Source: Felis catus
Lineage: Eukaryota
Length of the DNA stretch: 64,000 nucleotides
NCBI RefSeq assembly: GCF_018350175.1
Contig: NC_058368.1
Span: forward strand, 181,166,001-181,230,000
Direction: 5' to 3'
The position numbers were made by a program, and so were the translations under genes. This document shows, piece by piece, positions 24,646-37,959 of the stretch. The notes beneath the pieces are model-generated. The model worked only from the letters and a program-made list of their open reading frames with translations, was not told the origin of the DNA and made no database searches. Each line of letters begins with the position of its first letter. Within the stretch, counting starts at the first letter, position 1.

Positions 24646-26896
24646 CTTCTGGGTTAAGGTGCCCAGAGCTACAGATTGATTTCTATGTTTAATGATAATA
24701 CTGAGAGTGAGTAGAGTCTGTAAGTGAACACAGTTGATGCAATTTACAAAGATTTATGGAACATCACTTGATAGAGCACAGGAGTAGCCTGTGGTCAAAG
24801 GAAAGAGAAGGTCAAGAAGGTTCTTTGGGAAGTATTTTACCTGGGAGTCTCTTCAGCAGGTACTGAGAATGGCAATGAAAAGCAAAGAGAGGTGACTCTG
24901 CATAAGAGTAGCCACCCTGGAAAGGCTAAGGAGGAGCAGAAGAAAAGTAAAGGAGACTCTCCAAAGGGGCTTGAATGGAAAAAGCAGGTGGTGCAAGGAG
25001 AAAGATGCATCCAAAGGGTAAACCTGGTCTTTTTTTAGAAGACAAAGTTTGTATTGTGCTTGTACCTTTCTCAGGAAAAGCCTAAAAATAAAGAGAAATG
25101 CATCTGAGGCTTTGTCTTTTCATGTGGATACCAAGGTAGAGATTATACACTGAAGAGCACTGTTACAGGACCGGGGCAGGTGTCCAGCGACATGATGCAC
25201 TGGTATTTATGCTCTATAAATGCATATATGACAAGGTTTGCCACCATTTTCTTAAAAAGCTAGCACCTGCTTTGACTGATCACAAAGTTGGCCAAGCACA
25301 GGCTTCCCTTTGAATACCTCACTTTGTGAAAAGTCCATCTCACAAAGGCACAGCCTGGGCTGGCAGTGTGGCCTCCAGCTTGCAGCACAGGTGTGAGGCC
25401 AATAATTTACCTTAGTTAGTGCAGAACAGACATGACCTGGGATGACTTCACTTCACCTCACTGACTCAATCTTTGTGCAAATCTCATCCGAAACCATCCA
25501 TTTTCCTCCTTGCCCACACCTCATTTTCCCTGTTGCTCTGCAATTATTTATTATCTGGCTCAGTAATTGTATTGTTTATAGCAGCCATACAAACTCTATT
25601 GTTAGGGGAAAAAATGCCTCTTTGCCCAACTAGATTCTCTTGTGCGGGGAATAAAGGATGCTGGTCTCTTAGAGCTCTTAATATACAGCTCTCTATGTTC
25701 AATTTTCCTAAAAATGAAAATTGCCAAAAAGCAAAGTGTGCAGGAGATGTATGGTTGGATGCTACTGCAGCTTCACGTTCCTGCTGATGGATGGTGCCCC
25801 CCAAATATCTGGGAGCATGCGTTAGCTCACTGCCACAGCTCCTGTTTTCAGAGAAGCTGGCAAAATCCAACCCTTTGAATAGCCAGTCCCCATCCCCCAC
25901 CCACCCTCTCTTTAACTGCTTCAGTTAGTCATTCCTGGCCTTTTCCAAAACCAAAACACCAACAGGCACAACAATTATGCCAGCCCAGCAGAGGAGGAGG
26001 CTGATGATAGTGGTGGGTTTCCGTATCCTTTTTTTTGTGTGTGTGTGGTTCTCATGTATATATTCCAGCATTTGATCCCACTTAACATAAAATATTTACT
26101 TCATGATTTGTGGTGGGGGAAATGTCATTTAAAAAAATCCCTTTAGCTTAATTACAAAAGATGTAAATGTGGTCTCACTTGTGGAAAAGAGTTACTCTTA
26201 ACAATGAGGTGTAAATTGGTGTCTGCTTAATCTGTTCACAGTAGGAATAAAGCCTAACACTCGCCTCCTCGTCCTTATTTTTGAAGTAGTACCTGGGAAA
26301 TTAATATATTCTCTTGTAGCATCTCTGATTTCTTCAGGAAACAAGAGAGATGAATTTCAGGCTTGATCTTTCTACCAACTGTAGGGGCATTTCTTTTGTT
26401 CTGTTTCTAGAGCATCTAATTTGAACTGTGGGCCATAGCCACATTGCCTGACCTCAGTCACAGGCAGCAAGAGTCCAGCCTTCTTTGGCCTCTTTTCTCT
26501 CCCCAACAATTGTTGCCTCCTGCATATCCCAAAATGAAGTAAAATTAATAGGAGAAGCAGTGTTATTTATACAATGACCTTGTGCTCCTGGGGAAATTGC
26601 AGGCACTATTCTTTCACTTATGATGTTTTACATTTCAAAGAACTTAGCTCTCTTTGATATTAAAGAACGAAATGTGCGATGTAATTGTTATTGTTTTATG
26701 ACCTTTAATAGGTTAATCAGACTGCATCAGCTTTTTCAGAATGTGGTTCTGTTCCAAAGGAAATGACTGGGTTATTCATCAATTAATTTTGACAATGTAG
26801 ATCAACATTAATAGTTGAAAGAATAAAGATATTGAGGTACCTAAATACTTAAGAATAATGGTTAATTTGATTACCTCACTCCCTCTGTGGGTAATA

Positions 26897-27116
26897 AAGG
26901 GTTTCTCAACATTGGCACTCTTGACATTTTGGGCCCAATCATGCTTTTGCTGTCAGGACTGCCTTGTGCACTGTAGGATATTTAGTTGTATCCCTGGCCT
27001 CTCCCATCTAAAAGCCAATGGTACTGCCACCCCTCACCATTCATGAAAATCAAATGTCTCCAGATATTGCCATATATTCCCTGGAGAGCAAAATCAATCC
27101 CAGTTGAGAACTGCAA
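26897..27116. mobile_element. MER20 (hAT-Charlie MITE)
   Basis: TTTCTCAAC..TTGACATTTTGGGCC..TCCCTGGCCTCT..AATGTCTCCAGATATTGCCA..GTTGAGAAC. Confidence 0.88.
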
Positions 27117-27199
27117 GGTTAACTGAAAAAGTGGTGGTGATGGGGAGTCTTTCTTGGATTCTGAAATGTATAGAATTTACTGCCTTAAGTGATAATTAA

Positions 27200-27405
27200 T
27201 ATAATAGTAGCTAACAGGTACTGAGAACTCAGTATGAACTAATTAGCACTATGCTAATTGCTTTATATGTTTGATCTCATTTGATCCTTAAAACAAACCT
27301 ATGAGATAGTTATTATAATCTGCATTTTACAGTTAAGGGAACGGAGGCTTAGAGGAGTTAAATAATTTGCCCAAGACTCCCAAGCTGGAAAGTGGAACAG
27401 TCAAG
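27200..27405 (-). mobile_element. MIR SINE
   Basis: CATTTTACAGTTAAGGGAACGGAGGCTTAGAGGAGTTAAATAATTTGCCCAAG. Confidence 0.82.
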
Positions 27406-27682
27406 TATGCATAAAGCCAGAGGTCCATGCATCAGCCTCTCTTCCCTTTCTGGGTTGCCTACTCTCCTTGTGGTTATAATCTGAGTATCTAAATTAAATT
27501 TAGGAGTTGATTAAGCACCACCATATTTAGGAAATTCACCTACAAACTAAAAAGGTCTAAAAAATAAGACAATGCTTGCCTCAAGTAAAGTATACAAAAT
27601 AGAAAGTATAATACAGAAATAAATAAGAAAAACATGTGGTAAGAGCCATTGAAAAGAGATCAGAGGTCAGAGCGTTCTGGAT

Positions 27683-27840
27683 CAGTGTTTCTCAGACCTC
27701 AGTGTGCACAGGAATCATCTGGGGTCTTATTAAAATGCAGGTTCAGATTCCGTAGGTATGAATGAGGGCTTGAGATTCTTATTTCTAACCAGCTTGTAGG
27801 CAACGATGCAGCTGGTCTGAGGACCGCACTTTGAGCAGGG
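27683..27840. mobile_element. MER5A-type MITE
   Basis: CAGTGTTTCTCA..GAATCATCTGGG..TTAAAATGCAG..ATTTCTAAC..GGACCGCACTTTGAG. Confidence 0.82.
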
Positions 27841-28463
27841 AGTCTCTATTGTGCTAGGAAATGTAGCTTCGATGCATTTGAGAAGTGAGGCCCAACAGTT
27901 TGTATGTGACATGCCAAGAAATCATCACCACAGAGTGGAAGGGGTAGGAGGGGGCGGTGGGGATTGCCTTGGCCGTGACAGCCACACTTGTCTCTCCCAC
28001 TTCATTTGGAACACCGATGGCATGCCTACTCATGTTGACTGCCCACATACACAGCTAAACATCTGCCATTTTAAAGGACAAATATTAATTTGAAGCACGA
28101 AAACACCTACCCATCGAACATAACTTCTTTCTCCAAACAGATTACATTCTTATGATCGAATTTGTGCTTTCGGAAGAGAATGCTTTTCTTTCCAACATAC
28201 TCTACTGTCAACTACGTAAACAATATTTTCATCTCCCCTCCAGACATTGTGACTTGAATGACTAACTGCAACTTGCCAATAACTTACACAAAAGGAAAAT
28301 ATGCATATATATATATATATATATAGCCAAAACCAAAAAGATTTTTTAATTGATTGCAAGTCACAATTAAAATTATAGTTATGAGGATTAGAAACTACAC
28401 TGCCACTTATTTAGTTGTGTTCAGACACACAGAACTGAATCCTGTAATAAACATTCACAAAGT

Positions 28464-28691
28464 GGGGCACCTGGGTGGCTCAGTCGGTTAAGCGTCCGAC
28501 TTTGGCTCAGGTCATGATCTCATGGCTAGTGGGTTCTAGCCCTATGTTGGGCTCTGTGCTGACAGCTCAGAGACTGGAGTCTGCTTCAGATTCTGTGCCT
28601 CCCTTTCTCTTTGCCCCTCCCAGCTTGTGCTCTGTCTCTCTCTCTCTGTCTCTCTCAAAAATAGATAAACATTAAAAAAATTAAAAAAAAA
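28464..28691 (+). mobile_element. Can-SINE (SINEC_Fc family)
   Basis: Canonical head; TSD AAACATTCACAAA at 28449-28461 and 28692-28704. Confidence 0.96.
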
Positions 28692-29839
28692 AAACATTCA
28701 CAAAAAAATGGTTTAGGAACTGATCTCCATTTGTGGTTGTGACCTCTTCGCCCAGACCCCAGTGACCACTGCAGATCACATACTGCATTATGACATCTGG
28801 ATTTGACCATAAGTCATAAGGAAGGGGACAATTTTGAGTCACTTGAGTCTGAACACAGTCAGCTAATTTTCCATTCACATTTCAGGGGGAAACAAGAGAA
28901 AAATGATTCACTGGGGTATAGAGAGGAGCCATATTAAAGCAAAGGCTGAGAGGCTAAGAACTGGAACCACCTAATTATTGCTATAACTCAGCTATAAAGT
29001 GGGAAAAGATTGTATTTGAAGTTAGAGGTCTCACAACCATTCAGACTGCATCGTATTGCTGGAGTAAGACTGTGAACTTAGGTTCATTCATTTTTAAGCA
29101 TGGATTTCCTGAGCACCTGCTATGTGTCAGACTCTGGGATCTGTAGAGGAACTTTCTGTCACCCCTGTCCTCAAGGGTCAGCTAGGATCAAGAATTTCCT
29201 ATTCATGAGTCATTTGTGTCACACCTTTATGATTTTTTTGCCATATCTACTACTGCCTATACAGATATTTACTCAATATTTTCTCTTTAGATAATCTCAC
29301 TTTTCACAGTTTTAACTTGGCCTCATCTTAAGCAATGATAGCTGTGAAATTATATATTTGAAGTGCTTCTCAAGGCTGACCAAACCAGTTGTTAAAATAC
29401 GAAAATATACTTCTGTGACTACTGGCAGACAAAGCCTGCCCCAGCTTGGGAGTGGCCACTACCACACCAGCCACCCAGGCTAGCTCCTGTATCCTATACC
29501 AATGATCCAGCAATGTGAGAGGGGTAGGGCTCGGTACAGGAGGGGGTTTCTAGTGCTCTGATACTATAATCTGGACACTGTCTGTTCTGACTGGCCTGAG
29601 CCCATCCCTTAACTGTCTTTCTTCCACAAAACACTCAAGGGTTCTGTTTTGGGGTTTTTTAGAAAGTCTGTACATAGTCATCCTAAAAATAAAATAAACC
29701 CTTCTGCTCCAAAAGGCTGTTGCATAGTGGTTGGATACATTGGACCTACGGTATAAAAAGTTATACTTTTTCCAAGCTTCATATTTTCTCTTCTGTAAAA
29801 GGAGCATAATATTAATAATTCCCAACTCATGTATTAAAT

Positions 29840-30062
29840 CAGGGATTTTCAATCTCATTGCTATTAACATCATAGGCCAGATAATTCTTTGTTGTGGGTT
29901 GCTGTCCTCTTCATTGTATGATATTTAACAGCATCCCTGGCCTCTGTCCACTAGATGCCAGTAGCACCCCCCACCCCCCCTCAGTCTTGGGAATCCAAAA
30001 TGTCTCTAGACATTGGCTGATGTCCTCTGGAGTAAACAATCACCCTCAGAGGAATATAACTG
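29840..30062. mobile_element. MER20 (hAT-Charlie MITE)
   Basis: GGCCAGATAATTCTTTGTTGTGGG..CAGCATCCCTGGCCTCTGTCCACTAGATGCCAGTAGCACC. Confidence 0.9.
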
Positions 30063-30124
30063 GACTAAACAAATAAATCATGTAAACTTTTTGGTCTTGT
30101 ATCTGGCACATATTATGACTTCAG

Positions 30125-30365
30125 TAGTATTCATAGCACTTATTAAGTGCTTTACTATATGCTTGGCAAGCTTCTAAGCACTCTAAATCTATTATCTTGT
30201 TGGATCCACACATGACCTTGTGAGTGAGGTCTTATTATTACTTCCATTTTACAGATGAGGAAAACAAATGCCAGGGAGGTCAAACCAATTACCTAATATT
30301 CTACAATTAGTGAGCAACAGAGCAGTGTTTCTCATGCAAGTAATATGTTTCCAAAGTCCAGGCCT
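30125..30365 (-). mobile_element. MIR SINE
   Basis: TTATTACTTCCATTTTACAGATGAGGAAAAC core. Confidence 0.82.
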
Positions 30366-32468
30366 TTGGTTTTCCTACCTTTGGAGAGACATCTCTGTAA
30401 AAATAGGCATCATGGTAATCATCATAATAAGGATGATTATTAAGAAAATAGCACACAATAGGCTAAGATTTTCATATATGAAAAATTATATTCCAATTAA
30501 AGAGACTGACAAGTATACAAGGTACCTGATAGGAAATTCAAATACAGATCGTCCATAATTGAATGTTTATATGCCAGTGGTTTGTGTACACACACATGCT
30601 TTTCTCAGAATGATTAGAAAAATCTTAATTTTCCCCCAACTGATAAGGATTTAAAAATTGAAAACTTAACATGTCAAAAAAAGAAATGTGATCCTGCTAG
30701 AATTGGTATGATAAAGGGTTTAGGAAATCAGGGATTGTGTAGAGATGCAGGGCTGTGCCTGTACCATGGAAAGGCATGGAGATAACCAGGCTGTGGTTAA
30801 CATGGTGGCCTAAAATAGGGATTATGACCAAAAGATGGGGGATGTATGCTGCACTCCCATTGGTTACTAAACCTAGACAACCAGTAGACATTGTAGGCAC
30901 AAACACAGAGTAGGATCCATTCGTCAAGGCTGGTACAAGAGCACTTGGAAAGGTCCACTCACCGTGGTGGCTTGAGAACTACTACCCTTACCTGTCCTTC
31001 TGCTTGCCAGCAATGAAATGAAATATTTTGTTGCATGAATGCCCCCTGAAAATAATGTGTAGGTATATATAGATACACATCTATTGTTCCCCCGATAAAC
31101 AAAAATTCATACACAAAGATGAAAATCAACACAAATAAACACAGGATTTTATATGGAGTATGTATGCATGAAAGAAAAACTGAAATACAGACTAAGAATA
31201 ACAACTCGGAAAGATACCGGTTATTTTCTTCCTCTAAAGTTTTTGAATCCAGGCTAACATTGAATTAATAACTTTGTCATTGTAGAACACAGAAAAATGG
31301 GAGCTTTTCTACATTTGACTGAAAATCTTTGCATTTCTACCAGTCTGAAATAGAAACTTGCAATTAAATCAATTAAGCAATGAAAATCAAATATTCCATT
31401 AAAATCTAATTTTCCTCATATCTGATTGGTTGTAACTCAACTGAGTTGGAAACAGATGAGAGAAGCAAAATGACTCGAAGTCTGAGACATGGAGACAGGA
31501 GAAAGGGAAAATTTTAAATATGTTCATAGAAAATTGAATAAGGACATTATATTTTCCTTCTGCTTGTGTAAGTTTAGCCATTAGGGGTTCCCCAAACATA
31601 GGATTTCAGAACCAATTCTGCAGATTGAAATGCGAGTAGCAAGATTCCTTTCTTTTCCGTCCTCTTTTTGCAAACATGTCCTTGAAGTTTCTTTTTCCCT
31701 TTAAGGAATTTGAAAAGGCTAGTTCACGCTCCTATTCAGAAGATGCTGTGTGTCTTTGTGCACTCCAGCAGGCCTGGAATTTAGTTGCTACAACCAAAAT
31801 ACAGTCAGATTGGAATCCACCATGTTTGCTGATTCGGGAAGTTACTGATATCCAATAGGTCAAGTAAAGATTTATTCTCCTTAGTAGCAAAATGGAGGAG
31901 CTTTTTCTTGGAGATGTTGGCAAAGACTAAGCCAGCTGACTTAAACATTCTTTCCCCCCTATCCTTAGAGGTAATAACATAAGGTGGCTAATTTCATCCC
32001 AGCAATCACCCTACGGACAGAAGGCTGAATCTCCAAGTACGAAGCAGAAAATGACTCCATTTATTGTCCAAAAAGCAAATCAGTGAGGAGAAAACAGTAA
32101 GTTACAAGTAAGATGCCTTTCCAAAGCTTGACAGACATCAGAATGGCCATTTGAGTCTGAATTAAATGCAATATATTAAATGTGAATTTTAAAAAAATAT
32201 ATAATATGTAAATACGCAAAAGAAAAGAGAAAGAGAACATCCAGAATCCATAGTGTTCTTCAAATTTTAAACACCAACGTGCACTTTGGGTCAGTATTTC
32301 TGAGATGGTTTTTAAAAAAAAATCAATTGTGAGAATTACTTTTAATGCCTGAACTGTAGGAATCTTCCAGAGAGCTGTTTGTATATTTGATTGCCATAGC
32401 CAACTCCAAATTATGTGACTCTGAGAAAGTAGAGAAAACCACAGAACCTTTTTCCAGTGTCACTTGAA

Positions 32469-32469
<1 letters not shown>

Positions 32470-32507
<38 letters not shown>
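32470..32507. repeat. (TG)n microsatellite
   Basis: Seen directly. Confidence 0.97.
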
Positions 32508-32508
<1 letters not shown>

Positions 32509-32777
32509 ACGTGCATACACACGTCTATGTGCTGAGGGAGAAAGGGAAGAGGGAATTTTGTGTTTTTAATTCTTAAATTAAAAAATAATAATTTAGAAGG
32601 ATTTTATTTGCTCTGCTACTCACACTCCCCCCTAAGCATCTGTCTTTTCTGAGTAGTTGGAACAGGTTGGAGGAGGAGGAGGAGGAGAAACAGAGAATGA
32701 TAGAAGTTCCTTTGAAAATAAACAACCACTTTTGAGTTTCTTATCTCTGCTACCCTCTCAAACCCAATCCACTTCTT

Positions 32778-32980
32778 GGTAATATAGTGATTAGGAACAC
32801 AGGCTTCCTTCGGAGCCAGGCTGCCTGGATCTGAATCCCAGCTGTTCTATTTACCAGTTTAGTGACCTTGGGCAAACTATTTTAGTGCTCTGTGCCTCAG
32901 TTTCCTGAAATGTAAAATGCAAATAACATTGTTAATATCCTAGGCTTGTTCTAAGAATTAAAAGCATTCTAAGTGCCTCT
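32778..32980 (+). mobile_element. MIR SINE
   Basis: GAATCCCAGCT..GTGACCTTGGGCAAACTATTT..CTCTGTGCCTCAGTTTCC..TGTAAAATG. Confidence 0.85.
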
Positions 32981-34229
32981 CATCCACAGCTGAGTATCCT
33001 CAGCCCTGAATGTACCTGCTAATGCTACATCTCCCATGGTAACAATGCTGTAACCCCCAATCTCTTTGGCCATTGGATTCATTTGAATAATGACAACTGT
33101 ATAGTGAGGTCATTGACTCCAAGCATCTGATAAGAACAACCATCAGAAAACTAATGGAAAATAATCATCACTCCTTTTAAAAACACATATGTTCAAGTTT
33201 TTCAAGGAGTTTGATTTGGTTAATGTCTTTTATGTTTGGAGTGTAACACATCCAGCTACTGACTAAAGAAATGGTAACCTTCCTTACTTCAATTTAGCCA
33301 CTTTCAAGGCAGGTCCAGAGGAATGTCATCTGTTTGAGAGTCAAGATAAATAACAATTTATTTCCAAAAAGTCAGAGGGTAGTACCCACAGAAGTAAGTG
33401 AGGAAATGGATACTGCTCTGGTAGTAATTTTAAACAAAAAATCAAATTACGTCAGGGGAAAGCCCATCTGTTCCATTGAGTAATCCCCAGGAGCTCTTCT
33501 GAGGAGAAGTAAACCCTGTCTGAGGAACTCATGCCCCCCATGTACCACGCTGTTGCCAGATCTAAAGAGGATCCTTCCATTCTGACAGAAGGATGCCCCA
33601 TCTTGCCGTCCTCCTCCCCCTCTGAGGGAGACAGTTGGGCTCTGTCCAGCCTGCCCTGCCCACCTGGAATCTTCCAGGCCTTTCGGTCACAATACTGCTT
33701 TAGAAAGTCTGTGTGAAGGAGGGGGTTCTGGTATTTAACTCCATCCATCAATGTCAACTCCTCTTTCCCCTCTACCCCAACAGCTTGGTACATTTACCTA
33801 AAAGCTGAATAGCCTAAATGGATGGATTTTGTGCTGGTCTCATTAGAAAGGGAAATTAGCCAGGCACTGTTCAGCTGTGCAGAAGGCATGCTGATCCTGA
33901 AAGCTTATTCCAATCCCCACCCCCAATCTTTTTTTCATCACATATGATGTCCATGATCCCTTTAACATTTCTTAAATGTTTCATTATCTACCACTCTAGT
34001 TCATAATGAACACTGAGCTCCTGGTTCCCATCTCCTTCTCTCATTGCCCCACACAAAACTGGTTACTGGATCTGGGCACTATGTGAGGGTCAGTGAGCTC
34101 TAAGTGCTTCCATGTTCTTCTACATCTGCTAATATATTCAGAGTTTGCTTTTGGAAATCAGGATTATTTACTGATATGGTAGCCAGTGTTTCAGTTCCTG
34201 CCTGCCCCCCAGCCCAGTTCACACCACTT

Positions 34230-34685
34230 TCCCCCAGCTCTGTGTTCCTGCCACACCAGCCCAATTTCAGATCTTGGGTGCCCTGAATTCCCTGACCTCT
34301 GGGCCAATGCTCATGCTGTTTTGTGTGTCTGAAATGTTCTTCCCTACTCTTCATATAGTTCACCCTCCATTCTTCAGTTTTCAGCTCATGACTCATTCCT
34401 AAGAGAAATGTCCAACCCAATCAAGTTTGGTCAGCTTCCTCAGATATGTGTTCTCTAAAATGTTTCTGGTTCTCAAAGCATTTTTCCTCAGTTTGTAATT
34501 ATATTTTTAATTGTTGCTTATTTGAACAATGTTTTGTTTCTCAACTAGACTGTAATTCTGTTCCATGAAGCAGGAACCATATCTCATTCATTCATTCATT
34601 CTTGACTTACCATTGCACACCAACACCTATCATTGTGTTTGGCAACTAGTTGATGTTTACTAAGTATTCACCAAACCAGTGAATA
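34230..34685 (+). mobile_element. L2 3' region relic
   Basis: CTAGACTGTAA..CCATGAAGCAGGAACCATATCT.. and 3' terminal motifs. Confidence 0.6.
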
Positions 34686-35021
34686 TCATGACACCACAGG
34701 GGGTATGGTATTAGGATGTTTAAGAATATAATTCTCTTATTTCTCCATCAGTTTTGATCTTCTTAAAGACAGTAGGAGAAGGAATCTCAGTCCTGTACAC
34801 AAAATATTTATGGAATACACAAGTCATCTTACCTGCCTGAAGCAGTTAACTCCGCCAATGGGACTATGAGTTACAAGGCTATTATGCCAATGGGTTCTGT
34901 ACAATGTTAACATGCCCCCCACCCTGTTATATCATGGGGCATAAGAGTCCATCTTTGGTTCTTAATAATCTCAATGGCATTCAGCTTTAGCTAAATATGG
35001 TGGATTTCTAAGTAGTGCTTT

Positions 35022-35245
35022 TATATATATTTTTTGTTTTTAATTTTAGTTAACATACAGTATTTATTAGTTTATTAGTTTCAGGTATACAATATAGTGA
35101 TTCAACACTTTCATACGTCACCCAGGGCTCATCATGACAAGTGTACTCCTTAATCCCTATCACCTATTTCACCCATCCCCCCCCCCGCCCACCTCCTCTC
35201 TGGTGACCATCAATTTGTTCTTTATAATTAAGAGACAGGTTCTTG
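35022..35245 (-). mobile_element. Heavily 5'-truncated carnivore L1 (3' UTR only)
   Basis: TTAGTTTCAGGTATACAATATAGTGATTCAACA..CTCCTTAATCCC..CTGGTGACCATCA; TSD TCTAA(GT/CC)AGTGCTTT at 35007-35021 and 35246-35260. Confidence 0.85.
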
Positions 35246-35981
35246 TCTAACCAGTGCTTTCTAATCAAAGACCAATATGACAGGCTCCAGGGAATCACAA
35301 TAAAAATTATATGAAAGAATTATAATTTTTGAAAATAATGCTAAATGTGACAACTGAAATTTCCCGTTGAGCTAAAAAGAACTATTGTATTTTTTGGCTC
35401 TGTCTAATGTATACTTCAGTCTATATGTTTTTGAACTTTAGGACTTTATCAGGTTCTGATTAATGACACAGTTACCCCAAGCTATTTGGTACAAGTAGAC
35501 CAAGGATTTTGTCACCTTGCCTAGCATGTTCATTTCTGATAGCTTTGCACTAACAATGGCCTAGAGATACTTTCTAGGGCATTTGAGAATTTGAATTAAT
35601 AAGTAATAAACTAAAGTAATTTATTGCAGGTATCATATCATTCTTATTCTCCCTAGAAAACCCCCCACATAGCAATTCAATGAATGAATAATCAGAGAGC
35701 AAGTGGCAAGGAGCTGAGGCTTTCTGTCCTTTGCTTGAGGGAGGTTTGCCCCATCCTCCTGTTCCCTTACCAATGGCCCAGAGGTCAAACCTTACTTGGG
35801 AGCCCTTACTTGTAAACCAGCTCTCCAGTGATTACTATTAGCAGTTCTGATGAAGAACAAGCTGGGGACCCTTCGTATGTCATAGAAACAAACATTTTGC
35901 CCATCAAAGAAGGTACACAACAGAGCAGGATTGTGCAACCATTAACTTGTACAAAATTAATGACTGACCTTGATAAGAAGT

Positions 35982-36007
35982 ATAGATAGATAGATAGATA
36001 GATAGAT
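35982..36007. repeat. (GATA)n tetranucleotide repeat
   Basis: Seen directly. Confidence 0.9.
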
Positions 36008-36269
36008 GAAATAATCTGAAAACATATTTAATGCGTTAATTTAGATATTATTTATAGCTCCACAGAGATTTAATTCTTATAGTCAGATAAAATAACCTGT
36101 AAACTTATATCCTGATTATTGATTCATGGATTAATTTATTTTAAAATATATATGTTTATACATATGTTTATTGCTTACAGGTAGATAGACTGATAGAGTG
36201 ATAAAATAGTCTATAACCTTATATTTTACTTACAGATTGCTTATTTCTTATGTGTTTATTGTGTTTTTC

Positions 36270-36385
36270 TCATGGGGATATGAGCAGATTGAGAGCAGGA
36301 ATCTTGTATTTTTTGCTCACCATATCATTCCCAGGGCCTAGAAAAGTACCTGGCATATAGTGAACACTATCTGTTGAATTAATAA
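36270..36385 (+). mobile_element. L2 3' end
   Basis: TTGAGAGCAGGAATCTTGT..CCCAGGGCCTAGAAAAGTACCTGGCATATAGT. Confidence 0.72.
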
Positions 36386-37755
36386 GCACTTTATGCTTTA
36401 TCATACATAAATGTGTGTGCATTACTATATAAGTAGGTACCCACACAATCATTTGTACTGTACCTTATAGATGGCTCAAGGGATTTTTATAGGCAATTTT
36501 GATTATGCTTAATTTTTGCTTTCCATGTGACAGTGACTTTAGAATCTTTTCCCCTAAATAGGGCATCTCCACTATATCACGAGGTTATTCCCCATGTAGA
36601 AATTACTAGGACCAGCAGGGATGCCCTTGTTCAGCATGGTGTCTCGAGTGTTGTCACTGTGTCAAAGATCAGCCCGTCCAGAGCAAACAGCAGGCTACCA
36701 GTCATCTTGGGACTACTAACAAGTGCTTGGACACAAGCAGGGGTGTGTAAAGCATTGTGTATAATGAGGTTACACTTTCTCCCTCCTTGAAACTGTTATA
36801 CCCATAAACTGACCACCACTTAATCAAAACAAAAAACAACTTTTGAGTCCTTGGTGGAACAAGAATATTTATACTAATATTCTAATCCTAAAAGGCAAGA
36901 GCTGTGAAAGACTCTGACAATAATGAAAAACAAAGCCAACAGAATCTAGCACCATGATGAAATCTATGCTGGGTGTAATACACTTCAGGAGACACCTCCT
37001 GAAGCAGTGTGCACCATCGCCTGTAACTTGTAGCTAGGTACTTTCACTGCACCATATGCTGGTTTCTTTAAGTAACCCATTACACAGAAATTAAATATCT
37101 TGTGACAGATTGTTTTGACAGTGGAAAAAAAAAGAAAGCGGGAGAGAGTGGGAGAGATTTAATTTTTTTTAAAAATGCATTTGACTGAAGGCAAAACGTT
37201 AGGTAGATGTTAATTTAACAGATGTCTAGTTTTGCATCATCAGCCTGAAACGGGCAATTTCTGGCAAGTCTTCTCACCACATCGCAACACAAAATCCTCT
37301 CAATTCCACATGGATATGCCTTTCACAACCTTCCAAGTGAGCCATTTTCATTCAAAGGAAAATGCCTGAAATTACTCAGGGAAGATGCTAACACCTGGCA
37401 ATAGTTTTGAAGGAGGAGTCCGTGAATGCACCAAGGTATAATGGAACAAAAGTCAGCTCACAGCAACTTTTTAGTAGAGAGAGAAAGCAGGAAGAAATGC
37501 ATTCAACACTGCAAAAATAGCTAACACATCACAAAGTTACTGTGCGTGGTAAAATAACCTCCACCCCCATACTGTTAACTGCTAACTATTTGTAAATATA
37601 TGACACATATACATCAAATCTTATTTGCCATTATTATGAAGTTGTCTGAAAAATAAAGTCATTTTTTTGAAAAAGGACACTTTAAGACTTTAAGATTATT
37701 CCTAGAAAGCTTCTTTGCAAAAAGCCCCACCCCTCTAGGTCTGTATCTTTCTCAA

Positions 37756-37787
37756 TCTCTCTCTCTCTCTCTCTCCCTGTATGTGTG

Positions 37788-37832
<45 letters not shown>

Positions 37833-37959
37833 GTATATGTGTATGTGTATATATATATGTATATACATATATATATACACATACACATATACATATATAC
37901 ATATAACACATATAAATATATACAACTCTTACATAACTATATATATATATATATATATA
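37756..37959. repeat. (CT)n followed by complex (TA)/(TG)/(CA) microsatellite
   Basis: Seen directly. Confidence 0.95.

Noticed and set aside
25540..25900. 118-aa minus-strand ORF or additional exon in an enhancer-looking region
   Set aside because: No homology recognised and no convincing splice pair; conservation cannot be judged from the sequence alone.
36983..37004. 9-bp inverted repeat CTTCAGGAG-ACAC-CTCCTGAAG
   Set aside because: Expected by chance in 64 kb.
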